The notes: generated by a model from the letters alone, not told the origin. 64,000 bases of DNA from an uncultured Chloroflexia bacterium (GCA_963768705.1 CAVYJE010000028.1:90571-154570); one strand, 5' to 3'. Positions 1 to 10,510 are shown, numbered from the stretch's first letter. Numbers and translations are program-made.

Positions 1-998
1 ATCGTGCGCGTCGCCGTGCCCGACCGCGAGGCCGCCGAACGCGCTGCCCGAGATCGTGCGCCAGACGCCGGTGCCGCTGATCGCCGACATTCACTTCGAC
101 TACCGCTGGGCCCTGGCCGCGATCGAGTCCGGCTTCCACGGCCTGCGCCTCAACCCCGGCAACATCCGCGACCCCGAAAAGGTGAAGACGGTCGTTCAGG
201 CCGCCAAGGAGCGCAACATGCCGATTCGCATCGGCGTCAACGCGCGGCTAGCCTGCCGCCGATCCCGCGCCCTCGGCCGAGGGTGAGATGCCGCCGACGA
301 TGGTCGAGCGCATGGTCGAAGCCGCGCTCTGGGAGATCAACATCCTGGAGGAGATGGACTACGACAACATCAAGATCTCGATGAAGGCGTTCGACGTGCC
401 GACGATGGTCGAGGCCAACCGTGAGCTGGCGCGCGTCCTGGACGAGCGCGGCACGCCGTACCCGCTGCACCTCGGCGTCACCGAGGCGGGTACGCCGCGC
501 GCCGGCTCCGTGCGCAGCGCCATCGGTATCGGCATGCTGCTGGCGGAGGGCATCGGCGACACCATCCGCGTCTCGCTGGCCGCCGACCCGAAGGAAGAGA
601 TGCCGGTCTGCTACGACATCCTCAACACGCTCGGCCTGCGACAGCGCGGCGCCACGCTCGTCGCCTGCCCGACCTGCGGCCGCATCGAGATCGAGCTGAT
701 CCCGCTGGCCCAGAAGGTCGAGGAGCACTTCAACAAGGTCGGTAAGCCGATCACGGTCGCGGTCATGGGCTGCGTCGTCAACGGGCCGGGCGAGGCGAAG
801 ATGGCGGACCTCGGCATCGCCGGTGGCAAGGGACGAGGCGTGATCTTCCGCAAGGGCGAGGTCATTCGCACCGTCGACGAGCCCGAGTTCCTGAGCGCCC
901 TGATCGAAGAGGGCGACCGCGTCATCGCCGAGATGGAGGGCCTGGAGGCCGCTCCGCGTACCGGTGACGACTTCCTGATCCCGATCCAGGCGCTATAG
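1..998 (+). pseudogene. ispG: 4-hydroxy-3-methylbut-2-enyl diphosphate synthase IspG (GcpE), 5'-partial at window edge, reading frame broken
   Basis: Three consecutive frames carry collinear IspG segments (VRVAVPD.. ; [40 protein letters not shown] ; MVERMVEAALWEINILEEMDYDNIKISMKAFDV..CPTCGRIEIEL..VNGPGE). Frame switches near nt ~45 and ~245-255, with a TAG at 249-251 in the connecting frame. Confidence 0.75.
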
Positions 999-999
999 T

Positions 1000-1028
1000 C
1001 CGGCTTTGGGCCGGGGCTGTTTGTTTCC
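1000..1028 (+). terminator. weak hairpin (CCGGC-tttgg-GCCGG) plus T-rich tract after ispG
   Basis: 5-bp GC stem followed by gctgtttgtttcc immediately after the ispG stop codon. Confidence 0.25.
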
Positions 1029-1122
1029 CGCGCGGGGCGGCTGAGCTGTGAGCCAGTGACTCTTCTTCGTAGTGAACCTGGTGTTCAACGAGAGGATGCT
1101 GAGCTGACTGGAAAGTGTCCTC

Positions 1123-1629
1123 ATGATTGCATCTTTCCTTCGCCGACTATCGCTGGCCCTCGTGACGGTGGGCTTCGGCCTCGCCGTGGCATGTGGCGGT
1201 GGCGATGACGCGGGCAACGAACAGACTGGCCAAAACACACCGCCGACACAGCAGGGCGCTGCCTCGACGATCGGCGCCGCCGGTAGTCAGCCTCCGGTTG
1301 GCTCCATAGCCTCCGAGGGCGAGGCGCGGGTTACGGCGGATGGCGTGGAGACGGTGCTCAGCATTGATGATTGTGTCATCCTCGATTCGGCCGTCGCTGT
1401 TACTGCCACGAGCGCGTCCGAGAACGCGAGTCTGAACGTGGTCGGTCTCCCGTCGAACGCCACCGCCGGCGTCGCTACGATCGGGTTCAGCCGCAGCGGC
1501 GATCAGTGGACAGCTGCCGGTGCGCTCATCGAGATCGCCGGATCGAGCATTCGCTTCTCGGGCACTGCGCTCAAGACGAGTGCATCACCGCCGGAGTCGC
1601 AGCTCCTGATCGAGGTTACCTGCCACTAG
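1123..1629 (+). CDS. hypothetical lipoprotein
   Basis: ATG start; N-terminal signal peptide with lipobox LAVAC-GGG; low-complexity Gly/Thr/Ser-rich body; no recognisable domain. Confidence 0.5.
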   Translation: MIASFLRRLSLALVTVGFGLAVACGGGDDAGNEQTGQNTPPTQQGAASTIGAAGSQPPVGSIASEGEARVTADGVETVLSIDDCVILDSAVAVTATSASENASLNVVGLPSNATAGVATIGFSRSGDQWTAAGALIEIAGSSIRFSGTALKTSASPPESQLLIEVTCH

Positions 1630-1958
1630 CGACCCTGAGAACATTCAGCCTTGGAGCCTATCGATGACCTCGGAGCGCTCTTCGAGCCTGCGAACGATGG
1701 CGTCTGGGACGATGTAGGGTCGTCCGAGCAACGTGGCAGCGGGCGGTGTGCCAGAATCGCATGCCTGCGCGCTGAGCACCGATAACGTTGAGCGCCAACG
1801 AACACGGCTTCGTCTGGTCGCACGTCGATGCACTTTGGGGCGGTCGCCTCGTTTCGCTGCTGGCACTGCCTGACTGCGCCGATAACTAAGACGATGGCAT
1901 CAATCGCGCGTACGGGCGAAAACGTCCAGGTCGTCTCCTTCGGTAAGGCATTCTTCAA
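1626..1958 (-). pseudogene. truncated or frameshifted HAD-family hydrolase remnant (paralogue of 2802..3479)
   Basis: Translation ..CIDVRPDEAVFVG.. and, in a second frame, ..DSGTPPAATLLGRPYIVPDAIVRRLEE.. parallels DAGVRAIWYNP..YPYIVPDAVIHGLDEL of the intact HAD. The DNA string gaacacggcttcgt is shared (1798-1811 and 2963-2976). No N-terminal DxD half is present. Confidence 0.45.
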
Positions 1959-2805
1959 CGTTATGGCGGCGCCGGCGCTATTCGTGCTGTTCGTGGGCCT
2001 GTTCGCGCTGCGCCCGTCGACACCGGCGCTACCCTACGTGGCGCTCGTGGGGGCCCTCGGCTTTTCGGCGTGGCGCTGGTTGCCTCGTACCGACTTCCGC
2101 ACGTTCGCTCTGTACATCCTGGCCTTCTCGCTGTTCAACGGCCTGCGTACCGTGGCGGACCAGACCGGCAATCCCGTGCACTTCGACTATCCAATCACGG
2201 TGGACAAGGTGCTGTTTCTTGGCGCCGTGCCGTCGGTCTGGCTCCAGGACCGCCTGTACGAGGCCGGCCGCATTTCGACGCTGGAATGGGGCTGTGTGAG
2301 CGTTTATGCGTCGTACTTCACCGGCCACTTCATCCTGGGTGCGATCATCTGGGCCAAGAAGCGCGAGTTACTGCCGGTCTATGCTTCCGTCGTCGCGCTG
2401 ACGCTTCTGATCGGGCTCGTGATTTACTTTCTGGTTCCGACGGCGCCGCCCTGGCTCGCCGCGAACACGGGCGATCTGCCCAACGTAGCACGCATCTTCG
2501 CGCTCGCGAACAGCGATGTGTGGGCCGATGCCTACGAGCGGGGCGCCTATGTGGCCGGCGCCAACGACGTCGGCGCCATGCCGTCGCTGCACACGGCGCT
2601 TACGACCGTGATCGCGATGGCCTGCTGGCGCATGAACAGGTTCCTGGGTGTTGCCGGCTGGCTGTATGTCGGCGCGATGGGGTTCTCGCTCATGTACCTG
2701 GGCGAGCACTACCTCACGGATGTCCTCGCGGGCATCGCCGTCGCCGCGCTGGCGTGGCGCTTCGTCACCTCACGCATGGACGTCGCAACCGAAGCTAACC
2801 CCTAG
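1828..2805 (+). CDS. PAP2-superfamily membrane phosphatase / inositol-phosphotransferase-like protein
   Basis: Multi-TM; PAP2 signature PSLH..(x)..GEHYLTDVLAGIAVA near C-terminus. The true start may be the internal MASIARTG (~1894), because the 5' end overlaps the HAD remnant on the opposite strand. Confidence 0.6.
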   Translation: MHFGAVASFRCWHCLTAPITKTMASIARTGENVQVVSFGKAFFNVMAAPALFVLFVGLFALRPSTPALPYVALVGALGFSAWRWLPRTDFRTFALYILAFSLFNGLRTVADQTGNPVHFDYPITVDKVLFLGAVPSVWLQDRLYEAGRISTLEWGCVSVYASYFTGHFILGAIIWAKKRELLPVYASVVALTLLIGLVIYFLVPTAPPWLAANTGDLPNVARIFALANSDVWADAYERGAYVAGANDVGAMPSLHTALTTVIAMACWRMNRFLGVAGWLYVGAMGFSLMYLGEHYLTDVLAGIAVAALAWRFVTSRMDVATEANP

Positions 2806-3479
2806 TCGCTCAGCTTCTCGATCAGGTCCGGTAGTTCGTCGAGACCGTGAATCACGGCGTCCGGCACGATGTAGGGGTAGTGCGAGCGGCGACGGCGCGG
2901 GTTATACCAGATGGCTCGCACGCCGGCGTCCAATGCGCAGATCACGTCGAGGTCCAGGTGGTCGCCGATGAACACGGCTTCGTGCGGTTGGAGGCCGAGA
3001 CGGTCTAGCGCGATGCGCAGGATCTGCGGGTCCGGCTTGTGCACGCCGGCCTCACCGCTGGGCAGGAACAGCTCGAAGTAGTCGTGCAGTCCCGTGTGAT
3101 CGAACTTATGGCGCTGCGTCTCGGCAGGTCCGTTCGTCACTACGCCGAGCCGGTATCGCGCGCTGAGCACGTCGAGTGCGGCTGTGCAGCCTGGCGATAT
3201 CGCCAGCAGGTCCTCGGCGCCCTGGAAGAACCAGAGCCCGACGCATTCTTGGCCCAGCTCGGTGGAGTGCAGGCCGAGCTCTCGGATGGCGCCGGGCATG
3301 CCCTTACTGTAGAAGCCGCCTTCGTCCAACTCGTTTATCACGTGCCAGAACGCGCCCCAGCTTACGGCGATGCCTTCCTCTCGCAGTCGCGTGTGAGCGC
3401 GGCGAGCCCGCTCCTGGCGCGACGCAGATACGTCGATCAGGGTGTCATCGAAGTCGAAGAGGACGGCTTTGAGGGTCAT
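2802..3479 (-). CDS. HAD-IA family hydrolase
   Basis: N-terminal motif I LFDFDDTL; ..VVTNGP.. ; motif IV FIGDHLDLDVICALDAGVRAIW. Confidence 0.8.
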   Translation of the reverse strand: MTLKAVLFDFDDTLIDVSASRQERARRAHTRLREEGIAVSWGAFWHVINELDEGGFYSKGMPGAIRELGLHSTELGQECVGLWFFQGAEDLLAISPGCTAALDVLSARYRLGVVTNGPAETQRHKFDHTGLHDYFELFLPSGEAGVHKPDPQILRIALDRLGLQPHEAVFIGDHLDLDVICALDAGVRAIWYNPRRRRSHYPYIVPDAVIHGLDELPDLIEKLSD

Positions 3480-3650
3480 GAAGGGTCAGAGTCCTGCCGT
3501 TCGGCTCGCGAGCGTCTGAGACGTAGGAGGATTGCCACGTCGGCTATCGCCTCCTCGCAACGACAGGATAGACGCCCACATTGAGGGACCCGAAGTGCGA
3601 CTCTGAATCCCATGCTCGACGGCGGCAGCCCTCTGCCGGCATGCAATGCC

Positions 3651-5303
3651 CTAGTGGTAGCCGCCGCGGAAGGTCGAGTAGTTCTTTTCCTTCGTGGTGA
3701 TGAACTCGAGCAGTGCGGGCTGGCCGTTCTGTGTGGCCTCGATGCCGCGCTTGATCGCCGGGACGATCTCGTCCGGGGAGGTGATGCGCTCGCCGTAGCC
3801 GCCGAGGGCCGTCGCGAAGTCGGCGTAGTTGCCGGAGATGTCGGTCGTGTTGAACTTCGCGTGGGAGGCCTTCATGACCGGGATCTCCATGGCCATGGAG
3901 AAGTTGTTGAACAGGATCGAGAGGATCGGGATGCGCTCGCGAACGGCGGTCTCGAAGTCCATGCCCGTCATGCCGATGGCCGCGTCGCCCCACATGTTGA
4001 TGCAGAGCTTGTCCGGCTGGGCGACCTTGGCGCCCATCGCCAGGCCGAGGCCGTAGCCGAGCTGCGTCGTCTTGCCCCAGCCGATGTAGCTCAGGGGCGC
4101 AGTCGTCTCCCAGAACGGCGATAGCTCGTCGCGCGGGCTGCCGGCGTCGTGCGTGATCACCGTGTTGGCGACGTCGACCGTGTGCAGGAGGTCCCAGATC
4201 ACCCGGTACGACTCTAGCGGCGCCTCGTTGTGGGTCAGGCGCGGCATCCACTCCTGCAGCCACGGCTCCTTCTGCGACTTGATCGTCGAGACGACCTCTT
4301 CGCGACGGCCGCGAGGCTTGCCGCCGAGCCGGTCGCTCACGGCTTCGACCAGCGCCGCCAGCGTGAGCTTCGAGTCGCCGACCAGGGCGTGCTCGGTGGG
4401 GATGTTCTTGTTGATGTCCATCGGGTCGACGGTGTTGTGGATGAAGGTCTTGCCCTCGGTGGGGAAACGGATGCCGAAGCCGGTGGCCGTGAAGCTGGCG
4501 CCGACGCCGAAGATCACGTCGGCGTCCTGTACGTGCCGGTATACCGACGCGGGCATCGCGACGCCGCCGGAGCCCAGGGAGAGCGGGTGGTTCTCCGGGA
4601 AGGAGCTCTTGCCCTCCAGGCTCGTCGTGACCGGCGCCTCCAGGAGCTCGGCGAGCTGCATGAGCTCGTCCCAGGCTTTGGCGTAGTGCACGCCCTGGCC
4701 GGAGTAGATCACGGGCCGCTCGGCGGCGATCAGGGCAGCCGCGGCCTCGTCAATGCTCTGGTCGTCCGGCGCGAACCTGGCGCGCGTCGTTGGCGTGTAG
4801 TTGATCTCGCCATCGACCTCTTCGTTCCAGATGTCGCCGGGGATTTCGAGCAGCACAGGGCCGGGGCGGCCGTTACGCGCCTGGGTGAACGCCCGGCGCA
4901 TCGAAGCGACGATGCCGGCCGGCGTCGTGACCTGCTCGGCCCACTTCGTCACGTGCTGGTAGTTCAGCGCGGCGTTGAACGCCGGCTTGACCCACGACTG
5001 GGCCCGGGCCGAGCCGCCGGGGATGGCGATCAGCGGCACCGCCTCCGAGTATGCCTGCGCGATGGCGCCGAAGGAGTTCTCGACGCCGGGACCGCCCTGC
5101 ATGCAGAAGATGCCGACGCTCTCACCGGAGCTGAGGCGGCTGCCCGCATCCGCCATGTGCACGCCGATGCGCTCCTGTCGCACGATGATCGGGCGTATAT
5201 CGGCCTCCGCAGCCGCCTCGATTAACGGGTTGAGGGGATAGGCGAAGATCTGCTTGACGCCCTCGCGCTTCAGGATTTCGGCGATGGCCTGGCTGACTCT
5301 CAT
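3651..5303 (-). CDS. thiamine-pyrophosphate-dependent enzyme (acetolactate-synthase-like family)
   Basis: 550 aa; N-terminal TPP-pyrimidine domain (..FAYPLNPLIEAA..GGPGVENSFGAIAQAY..); central domain; C-terminal TPP-binding GDAAIGMTGMDFETAVRERIPILSILFNN motif. Confidence 0.8.
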   Translation of the reverse strand: MRVSQAIAEILKREGVKQIFAYPLNPLIEAAAEADIRPIIVRQERIGVHMADAGSRLSSGESVGIFCMQGGPGVENSFGAIAQAYSEAVPLIAIPGGSARAQSWVKPAFNAALNYQHVTKWAEQVTTPAGIVASMRRAFTQARNGRPGPVLLEIPGDIWNEEVDGEINYTPTTRARFAPDDQSIDEAAAALIAAERPVIYSGQGVHYAKAWDELMQLAELLEAPVTTSLEGKSSFPENHPLSLGSGGVAMPASVYRHVQDADVIFGVGASFTATGFGIRFPTEGKTFIHNTVDPMDINKNIPTEHALVGDSKLTLAALVEAVSDRLGGKPRGRREEVVSTIKSQKEPWLQEWMPRLTHNEAPLESYRVIWDLLHTVDVANTVITHDAGSPRDELSPFWETTAPLSYIGWGKTTQLGYGLGLAMGAKVAQPDKLCINMWGDAAIGMTGMDFETAVRERIPILSILFNNFSMAMEIPVMKASHAKFNTTDISGNYADFATALGGYGERITSPDEIVPAIKRGIEATQNGQPALLEFITTKEKNYSTFRGGYH

Positions 5304-5451
5304 GCGTATGTTCCTCGTATCTAGTCTGAATGTGGCGCCATTCTAACCGAGCCGTTCGTTCGAGAGTGCTTCTTGCAAGCCTCGTCTGTGCTCGATTTGC
5401 CAGGCGGCGATTCGAGCTTGGCAGGTGAGGGGTGAGGCCAGCTCTCGCGGT

Positions 5452-6000
5452 CTATCGCGGGAGCTGTGGGGCGTCTGCGGCGGGCTCGATCTGGAGGCCG
5501 TTGAGCAGGCAGCCCATGAGCGAGTAGTAGCCCACCGTCGCGATCAGCTCGATGACGCCCGCGTCGCCGTACTTGGCCTTCGCGGCGTTGAAGTTAGCGT
5601 CGGAGAGCGCGTTCTTGCGCCGCAGCTCCAGCGCTACGTTGACCGGCAGGGCGTCGTCCTCGTTGAAGCCGGCGGGCGCCGTACGGTTGGCGATGGCTTC
5701 GAGCTGCTCCTCGGTGATGCCGGCTTCTTTGGCGATACGGAAGTGGCCCGCCCACTCGAAGCGCGCATCGACCTCACGCGCCGTCGCCAGGATCGCCAGC
5801 TCGCGCGCCCTGTCGGGCAGCACGGAATCGAAGCGGATGAAGCTACCCAGGTGGGCGACGCGATAGGTCAGCTCCGGGTTGTTGAGCACGGCGGAGAAGG
5901 GCAGGCGGACGGCGCCGCGAGTCTCCTTCAGGTAGTCGTGGATGAACTGCTTGTCTTCCGGCAGGGCGTTGCGATCGAGGACCTCGGGCAGGCGTGGCAT
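5452..6000 (-). CDS. carboxymuconolactone decarboxylase (CMD/AhpD-like) family protein
   Basis: 182 aa; CMD-family repeats (..PELTYRVAHLGSFIRF.. ..ELAILATAREVDARFEWAGH..); good RBS AAGGAG before the ATG. Confidence 0.7.
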   Translation of the reverse strand: MPRLPEVLDRNALPEDKQFIHDYLKETRGAVRLPFSAVLNNPELTYRVAHLGSFIRFDSVLPDRARELAILATAREVDARFEWAGHFRIAKEAGITEEQLEAIANRTAPAGFNEDDALPVNVALELRRKNALSDANFNAAKAKYGDAGVIELIATVGYYSLMGCLLNGLQIEPAADAPQLPR

Positions 6001-6281
6001 GAGAAGGCTCCTTGGCTAGCTAGGGAATTCGGGGCGCATCAAGCGTGCAGGGCGAATTCTAGATTGCCCTAAGAAATGTCACAATTTTTGTCTGAGGAGA
6101 AATCCAGAAGCGGGGGTGCTCCGTATATTAAGACGGAGCCACCTAATCAATGGTGGCCCCGTCCGGGGAGCGCCGCTCCACTGCTACTGGTCAGTGGAGG
6201 GCAATTTCATATTACACCTCTTGAACAAGCGTGAAAGACTTTCGGCGTAAAGAAAGCCTTAAAATCCGCTTGCCCATCTGG

Positions 6282-7066
6282 CTATCGCCATCTCACTACT
6301 GCCTTCTCGATCAGGCCTACGAGCACGAACAGCGCGAGCGATAACGCCGCGATGAGGAAGATCGCGGCCAGCACCATGTCCGTGCGGAACGAGTTGCGCA
6401 TCAGCAGCACGTAGTTCCCCAGCCCACCGGTCGACCCTGACCACTCCGCAAACACCGCGCCGACGATCGCGTAGGTGACGGCGATGCGCAGGCCCGTGAA
6501 CAGGTAGGGCAGGGCTTGGGGCACCTGGAGCAATCGCAGCGTCTTCCAGCGGTTGGCGCCGAGCGTGCGCATGAGCATCATCGCCTCCGTGTCCGCGATC
6601 GCCAGGCCCGACGCGAAGGCAACAGTGATCGGGAAGAACGTGTAGAGGGTGACGACGAGGATCTTGGGCAGGATGCCGAAGCCGAACCAGAGCACGAACA
6701 AGGGCGCGATCACGACCACGGGCAGGGTCTGAGAACCGACGAGCAGGGGATAAAGCCCGCGGCGCACCGGCGGCAGCGCGTCGATGAGCAGCGCCATGGC
6801 GACGCCGAAGGAGATGCTGACGGCGAGGCCGCTGAAGGTCTCCTGCAGGGTCTTGACGCTGTTCTCGGCCAGGATGTCCCGGTTGCGCCAACCCGCCTCA
6901 ATCACGCGCGAGGGCGCCGGTAGGGTGACGCGGGATATGCCAGACAACTCGACATAAAGCTCCCACGCACCGAACAGGGCGAGGATGATCAGGGCCGGCG
7001 GGACGACGTTGAACGCCGTCACGCTCATGCGCGATCCGAAGCCCGGCTGCGCGCTTTCGGGCGGGT

Positions 7067-7070
<4 letters not shown>
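6282..7070 (-). CDS. thiX: ABC transporter permease, NitT/TauT (ThiX-like) family
   Basis: 6-TM permease with EAA-like loop ..MLMRTLGANRWKTLRLLQVPQALPYLFTGLRIA..; 4-nt overlap with upstream ATPase gene. Confidence 0.75.
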
Positions 7071-7843
<773 letters not shown>

Positions 7844-7851
7844 CGCCCCGG

Positions 7852-8910
7852 CTAGCTGCCCGGCAGCAGGGCGTTGCTGAACAGCGGGCCGCCCGGCAGC
7901 TCGTCCTCAGACTCGAGCACCTTGTCCTTGTCGTCCACGACGATGCCTTGCTCGATGAAGTAGTGCGTGTAGGCCTTCCAGTCGTCGGCGTTCTGCACGC
8001 CCCAGGCGGTGCCGTCCGTGACGAGGTAGTCCTGCAGCGCCTCCGTCGAGCGCGTGACCAGCTCCGGCTCCGGGAAGGCATCCGGCAGGTAGTCCAGGAA
8101 GACCTGCGAGGCCTCGTCCGGGTGCTCGGCGGCGTACTGGTAGCCGCGGCGCGTGACTTCGAGGAACTTCGTCAGCTTGGCTGAGCCGGCGTTGACCACG
8201 TCGGAGCGCGCGATGAGCACGACGCCGGGGAAGTCCGGCACGCCGTAGTCGCTGTACTTGAATCCACGGACCTCGATGCCCCGCATGTCCGCCTCGATGC
8301 CCTCCCAGGTCATGAACATCTCCGTGAAGTCGGCCTGGCCGTTGTAAAGCGCCTCGTAGGCGAAGGTGTCCAGCGTGGCAACCTTGAAGTCGCCCGTGCC
8401 GCCGTCCGCCTGGATCACGGTCTTGATCTGAGGCTCCTCGTACGGCAGGCCGAAGCCCGCGTACGTCTTGCCGTCGAAGTCCTTCGGGCGCTGGATGTCG
8501 CTGTCGGCGAGCACGGTGAGCTCCGTTGGGTTGCTCTGGAGCACGGAGGCGATGCTCGTGAGCTCGAGGCCCGCCGCGCGCGAGAAGATCACGTTCGCCG
8601 GGAAGCTGACGCCCACGTCTGCCTGCCCGTTGGCGACGACGGTGTCCGGGTTTGTGTCGCCGTAGGGCAGGATCTTGAGGTCGATGCCGGCGTCCTCGTA
8701 CCAGCCGTTGGCCAGCGCCACGTAGATGCCGATGTGGTTGGTGTTGGGCGTCCAGTCCAGCTGGAGGCTGACGGTCTGCGGCGCATCGGCGCTGGGCTCC
8801 GCGCCGCTGCCGTCATCGTCGTCACCGCCACAGGCGGTGGCGAAAACCAGCGTGGCGGTGAGCACGACAAGAGCGATGCCGAATCGTCTTAACGTCTTCG
8901 AAGAGTGCAT
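7852..8910 (-). CDS. thiY: NMT1/THI5-like substrate-binding lipoprotein (ThiY-like HMP/thiamine-precursor binding protein)
   Basis: Lipoprotein signal MHSSKTLRRFGIALVVLTATLVFATAC; NMT1/THI5-like body. The ORF track starts at 8931, but the ATG at 8910 has a GGAGGAA RBS. A TPP riboswitch lies immediately upstream. Confidence 0.8.
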   Translation of the reverse strand: MHSSKTLRRFGIALVVLTATLVFATACGGDDDDGSGAEPSADAPQTVSLQLDWTPNTNHIGIYVALANGWYEDAGIDLKILPYGDTNPDTVVANGQADVGVSFPANVIFSRAAGLELTSIASVLQSNPTELTVLADSDIQRPKDFDGKTYAGFGLPYEEPQIKTVIQADGGTGDFKVATLDTFAYEALYNGQADFTEMFMTWEGIEADMRGIEVRGFKYSDYGVPDFPGVVLIARSDVVNAGSAKLTKFLEVTRRGYQYAAEHPDEASQVFLDYLPDAFPEPELVTRSTEALQDYLVTDGTAWGVQNADDWKAYTHYFIEQGIVVDDKDKVLESEDELPGGPLFSNALLPGS

Positions 8911-8984
8911 GGAGTTCCTCCGCGTACGCATCCCTGACGGGCGTGCCGGAGGAAATGGAGATCGCAGCTGGCCCCGCTGCTCAT

Positions 8985-9076
8985 CACCACGCGCTTTCCT
9001 CCGCCGGCATTACCCGGATCAGGTTCGACGGGTTTGATCTCAGGCCGTCCTCAGGTCCGAAGACGACCACCCCGTG
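8985..9076 (-). promoter_or_regulatory. TPP (THI-box) riboswitch
   Basis: Minus-strand RNA CACGGGGUGG..CCUGAGAUCAAACCCGUCGAACCUGAUCCGGGUAAUGCCGGCGGAGGAAAGCGCGUGGUG. It has the P1 CACG/CGUG stem, GGGGUG, CUGAGA, ACCC, GAACCUGAUC, GGGUAAUGCCGGCG and AGGAAAG, all in canonical order and spacing. Confidence 0.85.
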
Positions 9077-9094
9077 CGTAGCGGCCCCAGCATA

Positions 9095-10393
9095 TCACGC
9101 ATCGTCCTGCTGCCTGGAAGCCCGGTCCTTCGAGACGATGGCGCCGGTGATCAGCCGGGCGGCGCGGCCGTAGGTGACGTAGTTCCAGGCCCACTGCACG
9201 AGCACGAGGATGCGGTTCTCGAAACGTGCCAGCATCATGATGTGCACGAATAACCACGTCACCCAGCCAATGAAGCCGTGCAGCCTCAGCGGGCCCAGTA
9301 CGGCAATCGCGGCAGACCTGCCGATCGTCGCCATGGTGCCGCGGTCCTTGTAGCGGAAGGGCGTTGCCGTCTTGCCCGCCTGGCGCTCGATGATCATCTT
9401 GGCCACGTAAGCGCCCTGCTGCATCGCGACCGGCGCCAGGGGCGGTACCGGCTTGCCGTCTTGCTCAAGGAAGGCGAGATCGCCGATGACGAAGATTTCG
9501 GGACGCCCCGGTAGGGTGAGCTGCGGCGTGACTGGGATGCGCCCCGATGGCCCAAGCTCGCGCTCGGCGGCATCCGCCAGGGTCTTGCCGATGGAGGTGC
9601 CGACCACGCCGGCGGCCCAGATTACCGTGCGAGCCTCGATGCGTTGCGTGCCGTCGGGGGTCTGCACCGTGATGCCGGTCTCGTCCACGCCGGTGACGCG
9701 GGTGTGCGTACGAACCTCGGCGCCGAGGCGGTTCAGCGACTCTACCGCGTGGCCGGCCAACGACTCCGGATAGGCGTTGAGGATGCGGCTGTCAGCCTCA
9801 ACGAGGATGACCCGGGCGTCGGCGGCCTTGATGCGCCGGAAGTCGCCCGGCAGCGTCGTGCGTGCCAGCTCCGCAATCGCGCCGGACATCTCGACGCCTG
9901 TGGGGCCGCCGCCGACGACCACAAAGGTCTGCCAGGCCGCCACAGCGTCGGCGTCTCTTGCCATTTCGGCTTCCTCGAAGGCATGCAGGATACGACCCCG
10001 GATCTCTGTCGCGTCCTCGATGGTCTTGAGGGACGGCGCGACAGCGGCCCACTCGGGATGGCCGAAGTAGTTGTAGTGGGAGCCGGTGGCGACGACCAGG
10101 ACGTCGTAGTCGTGCGTCGATTCGACTGCCAGCACTTGCTTGTGCTCCAGGTCGAAGCCCGTGACTTCGTCCAGGACAACGCGCACGTTGCGCTGCGTGC
10201 GGACGACACCTCGCAGCGGCGCCGCGATGTTGGCGGGCGAGAGGCCACCGGTCGCGACCTGGTAGAGCAGGGGCTGGAAGAGGTGGAAGTTGCGCCGGTC
10301 AATCAGCGTGACCTCGATGTCACGGCCGGCGTCCTCCAGCCCCCGCACGGCAGACAGCCCGCCGAACCCACCGCCGATGACCACGACCTTCAT
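9095..10393 (-). CDS. ndh: type II NADH dehydrogenase (NDH-2), FAD/NAD(P)-binding oxidoreductase
   Basis: MKVVVIGGGFGGL first Rossmann motif; second VVVGGGPTGVE; C-terminal membrane-association helices. The start is placed at the internal ATG with a GGAAG RBS (the ORF track extends to 10447). Confidence 0.8.
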   Translation of the reverse strand: MKVVVIGGGFGGLSAVRGLEDAGRDIEVTLIDRRNFHLFQPLLYQVATGGLSPANIAAPLRGVVRTQRNVRVVLDEVTGFDLEHKQVLAVESTHDYDVLVVATGSHYNYFGHPEWAAVAPSLKTIEDATEIRGRILHAFEEAEMARDADAVAAWQTFVVVGGGPTGVEMSGAIAELARTTLPGDFRRIKAADARVILVEADSRILNAYPESLAGHAVESLNRLGAEVRTHTRVTGVDETGITVQTPDGTQRIEARTVIWAAGVVGTSIGKTLADAAERELGPSGRIPVTPQLTLPGRPEIFVIGDLAFLEQDGKPVPPLAPVAMQQGAYVAKMIIERQAGKTATPFRYKDRGTMATIGRSAAIAVLGPLRLHGFIGWVTWLFVHIMMLARFENRILVLVQWAWNYVTYGRAARLITGAIVSKDRASRQQDDA

Positions 10394-10510
10394 GCTTCCA
10401 TTTTCTCGTGCGGATGGCAGCAGGGCTACTGCCTTCGTATTGCACATACGTACAGGCCTGCGATTGCGTGGCTCCTCCTACGCGGGCATGACCAGTGCTA
10501 ACCTGCGCGC

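Noticed and set aside
9076-9095. Independent promoter for thiY between ndh stop and riboswitch
   Set aside because: Only ~19 nt separate the ndh stop from the riboswitch P1, so the promoter must lie inside ndh or transcription reads through. This cannot be resolved from sequence alone.
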